Below, one piece after another: positions 46,659-55,926 of a DNA stretch of 64,000 bases. The notes beneath the pieces are model-generated. The model worked only from the letters and a program-made list of their open reading frames with translations. It made no database searches and was not told the origin of the DNA. Source of the DNA: Planctomycetota bacterium (GTDB taxonomy: Bacteria; Planctomycetota; UBA1135; UBA2386); assembly GCA_965223545.1 (NCBI GenBank), contig OZ245006.1, positions 3,008,001 through 3,072,000 of the forward strand, in the 5' to 3' direction. The translations under genes were made by a program, and so were the position numbers. Position 1 is the stretch's first letter. Each line of letters starts with the position of its first letter.

Positions 46659-48206
46659 TCAGCACCGGAACTGCGACACCAGGCGGCGCAGGCTGGTCGA
46701 CTGACCGGCCGCGTCCAGCGCCATGGTCGCCAGCTCCTGCGATCCCGCGGAGTTGCGGACCGTGAGGCCCTTGACCTCCTCGGCCCGCACCATCACGTCG
46801 CGCAGATCACCGCTCTGCTCGGCGGCGGCGCCGCTGATCTCGGTCAGGATGGAGTTGACCTCGGTCGCCGTGGTCAGGATCTGCCGCAGGGACTCGGCGA
46901 CGCTGGTCGCAAGCCGGTCGCCGCTCTCGGCCGAGTCGTTGGCACGGGCGATCATCTCGGCGGTCTCGGTCGCGGCCCGCGCACAGCGCCCGGCGAGGGC
47001 GCGCACCTCTTGCGCCACGATGCTGAAGCCGCGACCCGCATCGCCAGCGCGCGCCGCCTCCACCGAGGCGTTGAGCGCCAGCAAGTTGGTCTCGAAGGCG
47101 ATGTTGTCGATCACGCCGAGGATCTGCGACACCTCCTGACTGGTCTCGCGGATCCGATGCATCGCGCCGCCCAGCTCCTCCATCTGCGCGACGCCGCGGG
47201 CAGCCGACTCGTTGGCACCCGTCGCCAGCTCGCTCGCCCGGCGCGTGTGGTCGGAGGTGCGGCCGACGGCCGCTGTCACCTGCTGCAGTCGCGCCGAGAT
47301 CTCCTCGAGCGCGCTCGAACAACCGAGGGCGTACTCCGACAGCGAATGGCTGGAAGCCTGGATCGATCCACTGCGCTCGTCCATCTCGGCGGTCTCGTCG
47401 ATGATCGAGCGGATCGTCGTCCGCATCGAGTCGACTGCGTCGTTGAGCGCGCTCGCCATCTTGCCGAGCTCGTCGTCCGCCGCCACGCCCACGCGCTGAT
47501 CCAGGTGTCCTTCGCGCACGCGCTGCAAACCGTTCAGCATCACGCCCATCGAGCGGAGGATGTGCCGGGTTTGCGCCATACTGCCCAGCACGATGATCGC
47601 CAGGATGATGGCACTGACGATCAAGACGGCGCGCTGGGGAGCCGCTGCGCGCTCGCCAATCTGCGGGAGCTCGTGGGTCAACGTGTCGCGGACCGCGAGC
47701 GCGAGCTGCACCAGACCTTGCGCTGCCTCGCCGTGCAGCTCGTCGATGATGTCGACGTGCAGATCGGCGTCCTCGAGTTCACCCACCTCGAGCTTGGCCA
47801 AGCACTCGTCGACGGCGGCATCGACTTCTTGGAAAGCGCGCACGACGTCCTGCAGCGCCTTGCGCCGCTCCGGGTCACTGGTATCGGCCAGCATCTCGGC
47901 GATGGTGGCGCGCAGGTCTGCGCGTCGGGCCTGATAGCCGCTGGCGAGCCCCAGATCGCCGCTGCGAAGCAGCTGGATCAGCTGGGCGCGCGCGTCGACG
48001 GCCTTGTCGATGCTCGTGCTGATCTTGATGTGCATCGACGTCAAGCCCGACACGGCGTTGAGATCGCGCGTCACGACGTTCAGCTCGTAGACCACGACCC
48101 CGACCTGCACCGACAGGAGCAGCCCGACGGTCACCGCCATCCCGTACAGACGGCCGCGAATCGACCGGTCTCGACGCCATCGCCGCAAGCTGGATACAGG
48201 GTTCAT
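46659..48206 (-). CDS. Methyl-accepting chemotaxis protein (TM-helical sensor-TM-HAMP-signalling domain)
   Basis: IAFETNLLALNASVEAARAGDAGRGFSIVAQEVRALA hairpin, HAMP (DELGKMASALN) and two TM helices. Start reassigned to ATG 48206. Confidence 0.92.
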   Translation of the reverse strand: MNPVSSLRRWRRDRSIRGRLYGMAVTVGLLLSVQVGVVVYELNVVTRDLNAVSGLTSMHIKISTSIDKAVDARAQLIQLLRSGDLGLASGYQARRADLRATIAEMLADTSDPERRKALQDVVRAFQEVDAAVDECLAKLEVGELEDADLHVDIIDELHGEAAQGLVQLALAVRDTLTHELPQIGERAAAPQRAVLIVSAIILAIIVLGSMAQTRHILRSMGVMLNGLQRVREGHLDQRVGVAADDELGKMASALNDAVDSMRTTIRSIIDETAEMDERSGSIQASSHSLSEYALGCSSALEEISARLQQVTAAVGRTSDHTRRASELATGANESAARGVAQMEELGGAMHRIRETSQEVSQILGVIDNIAFETNLLALNASVEAARAGDAGRGFSIVAQEVRALAGRCARAATETAEMIARANDSAESGDRLATSVAESLRQILTTATEVNSILTEISGAAAEQSGDLRDVMVRAEEVKGLTVRNSAGSQELATMALDAAGQSTSLRRLVSQFRC

Positions 48207-48222
48207 GGTGTGGTTCTCGGGA

Positions 48223-49227
48223 TCACTGCATCGGAGCCGGCGCAGCCACGGCGACGGGTTGATCCAGCGCTCGCAGGAAAGCGAGCAGGTCGGCGCGCTC
48301 GGCCTCGCTGAGCTGCAGCGGGAAGATCTCCGGGGACCGGCCGTAGCGGTCCTCGCCCACACCGCCGGCAATGTAGAAGTCGACGACCTCTTCCAACGTC
48401 GCCGCCGAACCGTTGTGGAAGTACGGAGCCGTGCGGCCGACGTTGCGCAACCCAGGGGTCTTGAACGCCTTGTGGTTGGCAAAGAAGGGGTACGGTCGCA
48501 TCGTGAAGTGCGGGTTGCGCACCACGCCCATGCGGCCGACGTCTTCGGTCGACACTCCGGTGTGATGGAAGTTCTGGTCGGTGAAGTTGGGGCCCTTGTG
48601 GCACTCGATGCAGTGCGCCTTGCCGCCGAACAGCTGCATACCCCGCTGCTCTGCCGGCGTCAGCGCATCGGTATCCCCCGCCAAGTAGCGATCGACGCGG
48701 GTGTCGTCGACGACGATCGAGGCGACGAACGCGCCGAGGGCCCGCAAGATCGAATCCTCGCTCACTCCGATCCCCGGGAACGCCGCGGCAAACGCCCGCC
48801 GGTAGCCCTCGATCCCCGCCAGTCGCTGCACCAACTCGGCCATGCTCATGTCGAACTCATCGGGGTTCTCGATGACCTGCTTGGCCTGACTCTCCAGCGA
48901 GGCAGCGCGCCCGTCCCAAAAGAACACGCGGTTGTAGCCGAGGTTGTAGAGCGGCGGGGTATGCCGCCGGAGGGTGACGCCGCGCATCCCTCGAGCCAGG
49001 GCAAGGCCGTCACCGAAGCCGAGCTCGGGTCGGTGGCAGCTGACGCACGCCAAGCTGCGGTCGCGCGACAACCGCTCGTCGAAGAACAGCGAGCGACCCA
49101 AGTCGACGATGGCGGCGGACTCTTGGTCCAGCGTGTCCAGCGCTCCGATGCGCTCGCCGACGCTCGGGCTGACGGTCGCGCAACCGACCACCGCGCAGAC
49201 CACCACGACCGCCCTGAGGACCCCCAT
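48223..49227 (-). CDS. Diheme cytochrome c peroxidase/MauG superfamily lipoprotein
   Basis: Lipobox VVGC, heme motifs CVSCH and CIECH, FWDGRA and FKTPGLRNV..TAPYFHNGS. Confidence 0.9.
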   Translation of the reverse strand: MGVLRAVVVVCAVVGCATVSPSVGERIGALDTLDQESAAIVDLGRSLFFDERLSRDRSLACVSCHRPELGFGDGLALARGMRGVTLRRHTPPLYNLGYNRVFFWDGRAASLESQAKQVIENPDEFDMSMAELVQRLAGIEGYRRAFAAAFPGIGVSEDSILRALGAFVASIVVDDTRVDRYLAGDTDALTPAEQRGMQLFGGKAHCIECHKGPNFTDQNFHHTGVSTEDVGRMGVVRNPHFTMRPYPFFANHKAFKTPGLRNVGRTAPYFHNGSAATLEEVVDFYIAGGVGEDRYGRSPEIFPLQLSEAERADLLAFLRALDQPVAVAAPAPMQ

Positions 49228-49233
49228 CGCACG

Positions 49234-49722
49234 TCAGACGTCGATCTCGAGCAGCACTTTGACCTTCTTGCGCGCGGCGGCGTCGAGCTCGTCCGCGGGA
49301 ACGAAGCCAATGCCGCCCTTCATCGCACCGACGAAGCGGATCACGCGCTGGGCATCGGTCAGCTGCTTGGCCGGCTTGATCGCCGACTGGTACTGCAGCT
49401 TGATCCAGTAGCGCGCCACCGAGTCCGCGTTCATCGACAGCACGTCGCGGAAGAACGCGTCTCGTGCTTCGACGTCACCCTGGAACTCCACCGGCACGAC
49501 CTTCTGTCGCCGGAACGCGCCGGCGCTCTTGCCGACCGCCCGCTCCCAAGTGTGCTCCTTCTTCAGGTAGAGCTGACGGATCATCTCCTTGCTCAGCTTC
49601 TCGGCCGGGTTGGCGGCGTGGACGATCACGCACACCTTCCGCTTCTTGTCTTGCGCCGCCGGGAGCACCGCAGTGACCAGGGCCATTGCCAGCAAGGCCC
49701 GCCAAGTCGTGGTCTTCCACAT
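49234..49722 (-). CDS. Small periplasmic binding-protein-like (PstS-like single domain) protein
   Basis: Signal peptide, VIVHAANP..KLS..IRQLYL...W, YWIKLQY and GGIGFV, a pattern of the small SBP family usually encoded next to porins. Confidence 0.7.
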   Translation of the reverse strand: MWKTTTWRALLAMALVTAVLPAAQDKKRKVCVIVHAANPAEKLSKEMIRQLYLKKEHTWERAVGKSAGAFRRQKVVPVEFQGDVEARDAFFRDVLSMNADSVARYWIKLQYQSAIKPAKQLTDAQRVIRFVGAMKGGIGFVPADELDAAARKKVKVLLEIDV

Positions 49723-49724
49723 GA

Positions 49725-50999
49725 TCAGAATCCAAATGCAATCTGAGTAACCAGGGAGTGCTCGTCGTGCGCGCCCTCGAAGTGCCGGGCGAACTCGACC
49801 TTGAGTCGCGTGTTGGGATTGACGTCGTAGTTGACGCCGACGATGCCGACCCGCGTCTCGGGGATGAACGTCTTGGTCAGCAGATCACCATCGAGGCGGA
49901 GCCCGTAGTAGCTGCCCTGGTCGCCACTCGGCAGATCCAGATGGTCGTAGCGCACGTACGGGTGCAAGTGGTTGTCGGCGAGATTCAGCGAGAGCTCGGC
50001 GGTCAACCCGAACAGCGCCTCGCCGCCGATCTTGCCGTAGGCCGCCTCGGCGAGCAGGTTGAAGTCCTCACCCATGTAGGTGACGTACGGGTTGAAGCCG
50101 ACCTCGTCGAGCCGCAGCGGAGTCGCGCTGTTGATGTCCACGGTGTTGCCGATCGCGCCGACCTCGAAGGTGTGGATCTCGCTGTACCAGCCGCTCAAGC
50201 CGACGCGGAAGTCCGCGGCGCCCGGCACCAGCCACTCGAGCAACCAGGTGACCTCTTTGCCCTTGTCGTCGCGCGCGAACGTGTTGATCGTCGGATCGAT
50301 GGCGCGACCGTTGCCGATGCCGACCGCGTATTTGAATCGCTGCTCACCGACATCGAACTGACCGTGCAGATTCGCACCGACCGTGTGCGTCGGCACCAGG
50401 TTGAGCTCCTCCTCGAACAGGTCGGGGACGAACACCGAGTGCATCAGCCAGGAGCGCGAATACAGGAAGCGGTTGTGGTAGCCGATCGGCGTGAAGAACA
50501 AGCCGGCCTGCAGGTTGATCAGCTCGCTGTGGCGGTAGTCGAGGAAGAAGCGCTCGGTGTCGATCTCGATCTCTTCGCTGCCGCCGCGGTCGGTCTGGAA
50601 GTTGATCTCGCCCTGGAAGACGAGATCCTCGGTCAAATCCGCCGTGACGACGAAGTCGGCGCCGACGATGCCGAAGCCCTTGCCGTAGCTGTTGAGCGGC
50701 TGCTCGTAGCCGCCGAACTGCTCGAACAGCGCGCGCTGCCGGCCGCTGGCGGGATCACCGAAGTCCGTGCCGAGGGTGATGTCCGCAAAGCCGTTGAAGC
50801 GGATGCGGTCCTCGCCGAACTCCTGCGGGATGGGAAGCAGCGGCACGTCCAGCGCGAGCTCGTCCGCCGCCTCCTCCTTCGGTTCTGCTGGCTGTCCACT
50901 CCACGCGGCGCCGGCCACGCCGGGCCGCTCGCGCCCTTCTTGCGCTCTTACCGTCGAGAGAACCAGCCCGAGCAGGACTGCCCAAACGATCATCCGCAT
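49725..50999 (-). CDS. Outer-membrane porin-like beta-barrel protein
   Basis: Signal peptide, alternating amphipathic strands, AGLFFTPIGY and a C-terminal aromatic BAM signal (TQIAFGF). Probable start is ATG 50999. Confidence 0.75.
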   Translation of the reverse strand: MRMIVWAVLLGLVLSTVRAQEGRERPGVAGAAWSGQPAEPKEEAADELALDVPLLPIPQEFGEDRIRFNGFADITLGTDFGDPASGRQRALFEQFGGYEQPLNSYGKGFGIVGADFVVTADLTEDLVFQGEINFQTDRGGSEEIEIDTERFFLDYRHSELINLQAGLFFTPIGYHNRFLYSRSWLMHSVFVPDLFEEELNLVPTHTVGANLHGQFDVGEQRFKYAVGIGNGRAIDPTINTFARDDKGKEVTWLLEWLVPGAADFRVGLSGWYSEIHTFEVGAIGNTVDINSATPLRLDEVGFNPYVTYMGEDFNLLAEAAYGKIGGEALFGLTAELSLNLADNHLHPYVRYDHLDLPSGDQGSYYGLRLDGDLLTKTFIPETRVGIVGVNYDVNPNTRLKVEFARHFEGAHDEHSLVTQIAFGF

Positions 51000-51172
51000 T
51001 GCCCTTTGCCTCACCTGCTGCCTCGGCGACACCGACGCCGCCACCCTAAACAGCTCGGCAAATCAGGCGGTGTCCCCTTAGGGCATCACGGGTGCACACC
51101 GGGTTCCTTCACAGTCGAAGGGTCGCGTGTCCGGCGGCGCGTCGGGCCATGGCACCGGCGGATCGTGCGCGC

Positions 51173-52267
51173 CTATTGCATACCGACGACGAGTGCCCGG
51201 TCGCCGAGCACGACCTGCGGAGCATCAGCCAACGATCCGGTGCGCCTCAACGTCAAGCCGCGATAGGGAGACGGTGGCGAGCTGAACGAGAACTCGGCCG
51301 CCGGCGACAGCCGCAAGCCGACGCCGTCGGCCACCATGGTCTGGCTGTGGACACGACGGCCAAGCAGGGCCGGCGAACGCGGCACGGGCACGCGCAGCGA
51401 GAACGACGCGCTGCCGCCGGTGCCCCACAGGGTCCGGCCGGCGATCACTGCCGCGGGCTCGGTCAGGATCGCGCAGCCCGGTAAGCCGATCAGCGGGAGG
51501 GGCAGCGGCAGCGGCCCCCACTGAGTGCGGCTCGCGCCGAGCCACGCCACCGCGGGGTGGCTCGTGGAGGACGCCGGAAAGCGCAGAGTCGTCCGCAAAG
51601 AAGTACTGCCCGCCGACGCCCAGTACGACTGCGGTGTTGGACCACAACCGCTGCCGAACTCGGCGACCTGAATCGTCCAGCCCACTCCGCTCCACTGCGC
51701 GGCGTCCGGGTACCAGCGCCACTGGGTGGGGCCGCCGGCTTCCGGAGCCGTTTCGATCTCCAGCAACAGGTGCGCGCCGGCGACCATCGAGAACGGTCGA
51801 TCCAGCGGGATGCGTACGCTGAAAGATGCCGGCCCGGCGCCATTCGGCACGTGTGCGGGGAACGAAACCGGCTTGTCGTCGAGGACGGTGGTCAGATCAG
51901 CGCCGTAGTTCGCCGCGAAGCTGGTCTGACTGGCCAGCTCCGGGCTCGGCACGCCGCGCGCACTCAGCCGAACCGTGAGGCGCCGCTGAAACGCACCGAA
52001 CGAGCCGAACGTGCCGCCGTTGTCGGGGCGCAGCAGCAACGCGGACCAAGACTGCAGGGGCCGGTAGACCTCGCGGCTCTCGTAGATGGTCTGCGTCCGC
52101 TGCAGGGCATTGTTGGCCACCGCGAGACTCGCCGAGCGGCCCTCGGCGAGCTGCGCCGACACGGGCGTCACGCCGACCTGGCCCGACAGTGGGGAGCTGG
52201 CAGCCGTGGACAGAACCATCGCGACGGGCACGGTCGCGAGCGACAGGAGAGGGGAACAACGGAACAT
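51173..52267 (-). CDS. Secreted hypothetical protein with a shared C-terminal domain
   Basis: Hydrophobic N-terminus, IPLDRPF...LLLEI and FGSGC...LPLPL..LPGC...PVPRSPALLG...SQ. Confidence 0.65.
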   Translation of the reverse strand: MFRCSPLLSLATVPVAMVLSTAASSPLSGQVGVTPVSAQLAEGRSASLAVANNALQRTQTIYESREVYRPLQSWSALLLRPDNGGTFGSFGAFQRRLTVRLSARGVPSPELASQTSFAANYGADLTTVLDDKPVSFPAHVPNGAGPASFSVRIPLDRPFSMVAGAHLLLEIETAPEAGGPTQWRWYPDAAQWSGVGWTIQVAEFGSGCGPTPQSYWASAGSTSLRTTLRFPASSTSHPAVAWLGASRTQWGPLPLPLPLIGLPGCAILTEPAAVIAGRTLWGTGGSASFSLRVPVPRSPALLGRRVHSQTMVADGVGLRLSPAAEFSFSSPPSPYRGLTLRRTGSLADAPQVVLGDRALVVGMQ

Positions 52268-52507
52268 CGAGGCAACTCCTCAGACTGATAAGCAAGGAGG
52301 ACCGGGGAGCGGCACAGCCGGCCACTCCGAGGGTGTTGCCGCGGAAAGGCGATCTGCGGCACGCCCCGGGCGCTTTTTGGGGCTCGGCCGCCGCTCGGGC
52401 GCGGCCCTTCGGCGCCGCCACGCCCCTGGCCTGCGTTTCGGCGACCGGATAGAACACGCAGCGCTCCTCTCCGGCGGCCTCCTGAAGCCGCGCCGCGCGC
52501 CGTGCCC

Positions 52508-55500
52508 ATGACTCCGATCGACGTTCTGCTCCGCCTGCAACAGCTCGGCGTAAAAGTCTGGCTGGAGGCCGAGCAACTCCGCCTCAGTACGGATCGCTCG
52601 GAGCTTCCCGACGACATCCGCGGCGCCGTCGAGGCGCACGCGCAAGGCATCGCCGACTTTCTCAAGCAGGCGATGACCGACGCCGCGCCGGGGACGGAGC
52701 CCGCCGGCATCGAGCCCGCGTCGCGCGAGACCCCGCTGCCCGTGTCCTTCGTGCAGCAACGGTTTTGGTTCCTCGATCAGCTCGGCGAGGACAATGCCGC
52801 CTACAACCTGCTGTTCCCCCTGCGCCTGCGTGGACCGCTCGACGGGCAACGTCTGCGCGACGCCCTCGATCAGATCGTCGGCCGGCACGAGGTCCTGCGC
52901 ACGGTGTTCGTCGAACACGGTGGCGAGCCGGCGCAGCGCGCCGCGGCACCGTCCGGGCTCGAGCTGCGGGTCATCGATCTGGCAGACGAGCCGGATGCCG
53001 AGGCCGCGGTGCGCGAGCGACTGCGGGAAGAGCTCGGCACCGGCTTCGACCTGCACACGGGCCCCCTGTTTCGCTGCAGTCTGCTCCGCCTTGGGTCGGA
53101 CGACCACGTGCTGCAGATCGCGATGCATCACATCATCGGCGATCGCTGGTCGTACGGCGTGCTGTTCGCCGAGCTGACGCAGCTCTACTCCGGCGGCCCC
53201 GCGCCCGCGCCGCTGTCGATCCAGTACGCGGACTTCGCCGCGTGGCAACGGCGGTGGTACGACGCGGAGGGAGCCGCCCTCGCCGACTGGTGGCGGCAGA
53301 CGCTGGCGGACCTGCCGACGCTGGAGCTGCCGACCGACCGGCCGCGGCCTCCCCTGCAGACGTTTCGCGGCCCGAGTCAAGCCATCGTCTATCCCGGCGA
53401 GGACATCGACCGGCTGTCGGCGCTGGTGCAGGGCGAGGGCGCCACCCTGTTCATGGGACTGCTGGCGGTGTTCGAGATCGTGCTGGCGCGCTATTCCGGC
53501 CAGCGCGACATCGTGCTCGGCACCCCCGTCGGTGGCCGCGACCGGCCCGAGCTCGAGCCGCTCGTCGGGCCGTTCTTGAACACACTCGTGCTGCGCACCG
53601 ACTTGTCGGGGAATCCGTCGTTCCGCGAGGTGTTGCGCCGGGTCCGCCAAACCGCGCTCGACGCCTTCGAGCGCCAGGGCATGCCCTTCGAGCAGCTCGT
53701 CGTCGAGCTCAAGCCAAAGCGCGACCCCAGCCGCAACCCGTTGTTCCAAGTCCTGTTCAGCCTGCTCAACGACGCCCCCCTGCCCCGCCTGGGCGAGCTC
53801 GACGTCGAGCTCGTATTCCCGGAGGCCGGCGCCTCCATGTTCGACCTGTCGCTGCTGGTGCGCCGGGACCCGAACCAGTTGGTGGGCATCCTCGAGTACA
53901 ACGAAGACCTCTTCGACGACGCCACCATCGAGCGCATGGGCCGACACATCCTCGGCACTCTGCACGCAGTCGTCGCCGATCCCGAAGCCAGTGTTTGGCA
54001 GATCCCGCTGCTCGACGCCGCCGAGCGCCGCGAGCTGCTGGAGGACCGCAACGCGACGGCGCGCGACTTCCCGCGGGACAGCACGTTCTCCGCGGAGTTC
54101 GCCGCGACCGCATCGCGCAACCCCGAGTCGGTCGCGGCGCAGTGCGGCGATGCCGTGCTGACCTATGGTGAGCTCGACGAACGCGCCAACCGCATGGCCC
54201 ACGCCCTGCGGAGCCGAGGCGCCGGCCCCGGCAGCCTGGTCGGCGTGTCGCTGCCGCGCTCGCTGGACATGCTGGTCGCGCTGCTGGCGATCCAAAAGAG
54301 CGGCGCCGGCTACGTCCCGCTCGACCCCACCTACCCCGCGGAGCGGCTGCAGTTCATCATCGACGATGCCGAGCTGGCACTGCTGGTGACCCAGGAAGAT
54401 CTGCGCGCGCAGCTGCCCCAGCGCCTGCCTCCCGTGCTGCTGCTCGACGCGGATGCCGCGGAGATCTCGGCGCAACCGAGCACGGCCCTGCCTCCGCCCT
54501 CCGCCGATGATCTCGTCTACGTGATCTTCACGTCCGGATCGACCGGCAAACCGAAGGGCGTGCAGATCGAGCACCGGGCGCTGCTCAACTTCTTGCACGC
54601 GACGGCGCACACCCCCGGCCTGACGGAAACCGATGTCCTGGTCGCGGTGACGACCATTTCGTTCGACATCGCCGGCCTCGAGCTCTACCTGCCGCTCTTG
54701 TGCGGTGGCCGCGTCGTAATCGCCACCGAGGCGGAGGCCAGCGACGGCCGCGATCTCGGCGCCCTGATCGAGCGCGCCGGCGCAACGGTGATGCAAGCGA
54801 CGCCGGCGACATGGCATCTCCTGCTCGAAGCCGGCTGGCACGGAAAGGCGGACCTGCGCGTGCTGTGCGGTGGTGAAGCGCTGCCGCGCGAGCTCGCCGA
54901 ACGGCTGCTCGCGGCGGTGGGCGAGCTGTGGAACATGTACGGGCCGACCGAGACGACGATCTGGTCGTTGGCCAAACGCGTCGAACGAGGCGAGGGCGCG
55001 GTGCCGATCGGCGCGCCGTTGGCCAACACGACGGTGTTCTTGCTCGACGCGCAGGGACAACCGGTGCCGGTCGGCGTGCCCGGCCGGCTGTTCCTGGGCG
55101 GCGACGGCCTGGCCCGCGGCTACTGGCGACGGCCGGAGCTGACCGCCGAGAAGTTCGTCGACAACCCGGTGCACCCCGGCACACGCATCTACGAGACCGG
55201 GGACCTGGCGCGCTACACCAATGCCGGTGAGCTGGAGTTCCTCGGCCGCACCGACCACCAGGTCAAGGTCCGCGGCTATCGGATCGAGCTCGGCGAGATC
55301 GAGCACGTGCTCGGCCGCGATGCCGCCGTCAAGGAGTGCGCGGTGACGACCTTGGACCGCGGCGGCGGCGACGCCCAGCTGGCGGCGTTCGTCGTGCTGC
55401 ACCCCGGCAGCGCGGCCACCGTCAGCGAGCTGCGGCGCGCGGTGCGCGAGGCGCTGCCGCTCTACATGGTCCCGCAGACCTTCACCATGCTGGACGAAAT

Positions 55501-55918
55501 GCCGCTGACGCCCAACGGCAAGATCGACCGCAAGGCGTTGGCGGCGAGCCATTCCGGCGGCGGTGCCGCCGCCGACGACCACGTGCCACCCTCCACACCG
55601 ACCGAGCGCTTCCTCGCCGAGCTATGGCAACGCGTGCTGGGCGTCGAAAAGGCCGGTCTGCTCGACAACTTCTTCGACCTCGGCGGCCATTCGCTGCTGG
55701 CGATGAAAGTGCTGTACGAAGTCGAGCAACAGTTCGGTGAGCGGATGCTGCCGATGGAGCTACTGCTGCAGAACCTGGGCCAGTTCGCCGAAGCCTGCGA
55801 CCAGCGACGCGGCGGAGCAGCGAACACGGAACCGACCGAGCCGCCCGCGACGGGCGAGGACGGCCGGCGCGGTGTCCTCGGCAGGCTGCGCGCCAAGCTC
55901 GGCCGCGGCCGCAGGTAG
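52508..55918 (+). CDS. Single-module NRPS: TubC_N-like docking domain-C-A(Gly)-PCP, no TE
   Basis: LQQLGVKVWLEAEQLRL docking domain, C motif HHIIGDR, A motifs YVIFTSGSTGKPKG and YGPTE with code DILQLGMIWK, and PCP LGGHSL. Start is ATG 52508 (or GTG 52502). Confidence 0.93.
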   Translation: MTPIDVLLRLQQLGVKVWLEAEQLRLSTDRSELPDDIRGAVEAHAQGIADFLKQAMTDAAPGTEPAGIEPASRETPLPVSFVQQRFWFLDQLGEDNAAYNLLFPLRLRGPLDGQRLRDALDQIVGRHEVLRTVFVEHGGEPAQRAAAPSGLELRVIDLADEPDAEAAVRERLREELGTGFDLHTGPLFRCSLLRLGSDDHVLQIAMHHIIGDRWSYGVLFAELTQLYSGGPAPAPLSIQYADFAAWQRRWYDAEGAALADWWRQTLADLPTLELPTDRPRPPLQTFRGPSQAIVYPGEDIDRLSALVQGEGATLFMGLLAVFEIVLARYSGQRDIVLGTPVGGRDRPELEPLVGPFLNTLVLRTDLSGNPSFREVLRRVRQTALDAFERQGMPFEQLVVELKPKRDPSRNPLFQVLFSLLNDAPLPRLGELDVELVFPEAGASMFDLSLLVRRDPNQLVGILEYNEDLFDDATIERMGRHILGTLHAVVADPEASVWQIPLLDAAERRELLEDRNATARDFPRDSTFSAEFAATASRNPESVAAQCGDAVLTYGELDERANRMAHALRSRGAGPGSLVGVSLPRSLDMLVALLAIQKSGAGYVPLDPTYPAERLQFIIDDAELALLVTQEDLRAQLPQRLPPVLLLDADAAEISAQPSTALPPPSADDLVYVIFTSGSTGKPKGVQIEHRALLNFLHATAHTPGLTETDVLVAVTTISFDIAGLELYLPLLCGGRVVIATEAEASDGRDLGALIERAGATVMQATPATWHLLLEAGWHGKADLRVLCGGEALPRELAERLLAAVGELWNMYGPTETTIWSLAKRVERGEGAVPIGAPLANTTVFLLDAQGQPVPVGVPGRLFLGGDGLARGYWRRPELTAEKFVDNPVHPGTRIYETGDLARYTNAGELEFLGRTDHQVKVRGYRIELGEIEHVLGRDAAVKECAVTTLDRGGGDAQLAAFVVLHPGSAATVSELRRAVREALPLYMVPQTFTMLDEMPLTPNGKIDRKALAASHSGGGAAADDHVPPSTPTERFLAELWQRVLGVEKAGLLDNFFDLGGHSLLAMKVLYEVEQQFGERMLPMELLLQNLGQFAEACDQRRGGAANTEPTEPPATGEDGRRGVLGRLRAKLGRGRR

Positions 55919-55926
55919 TTCCCCCG

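Noticed and set aside
52280..55582. 1100-aa minus-strand ORF
   Set aside because: Antisense shadow of the stand-alone NRPS.
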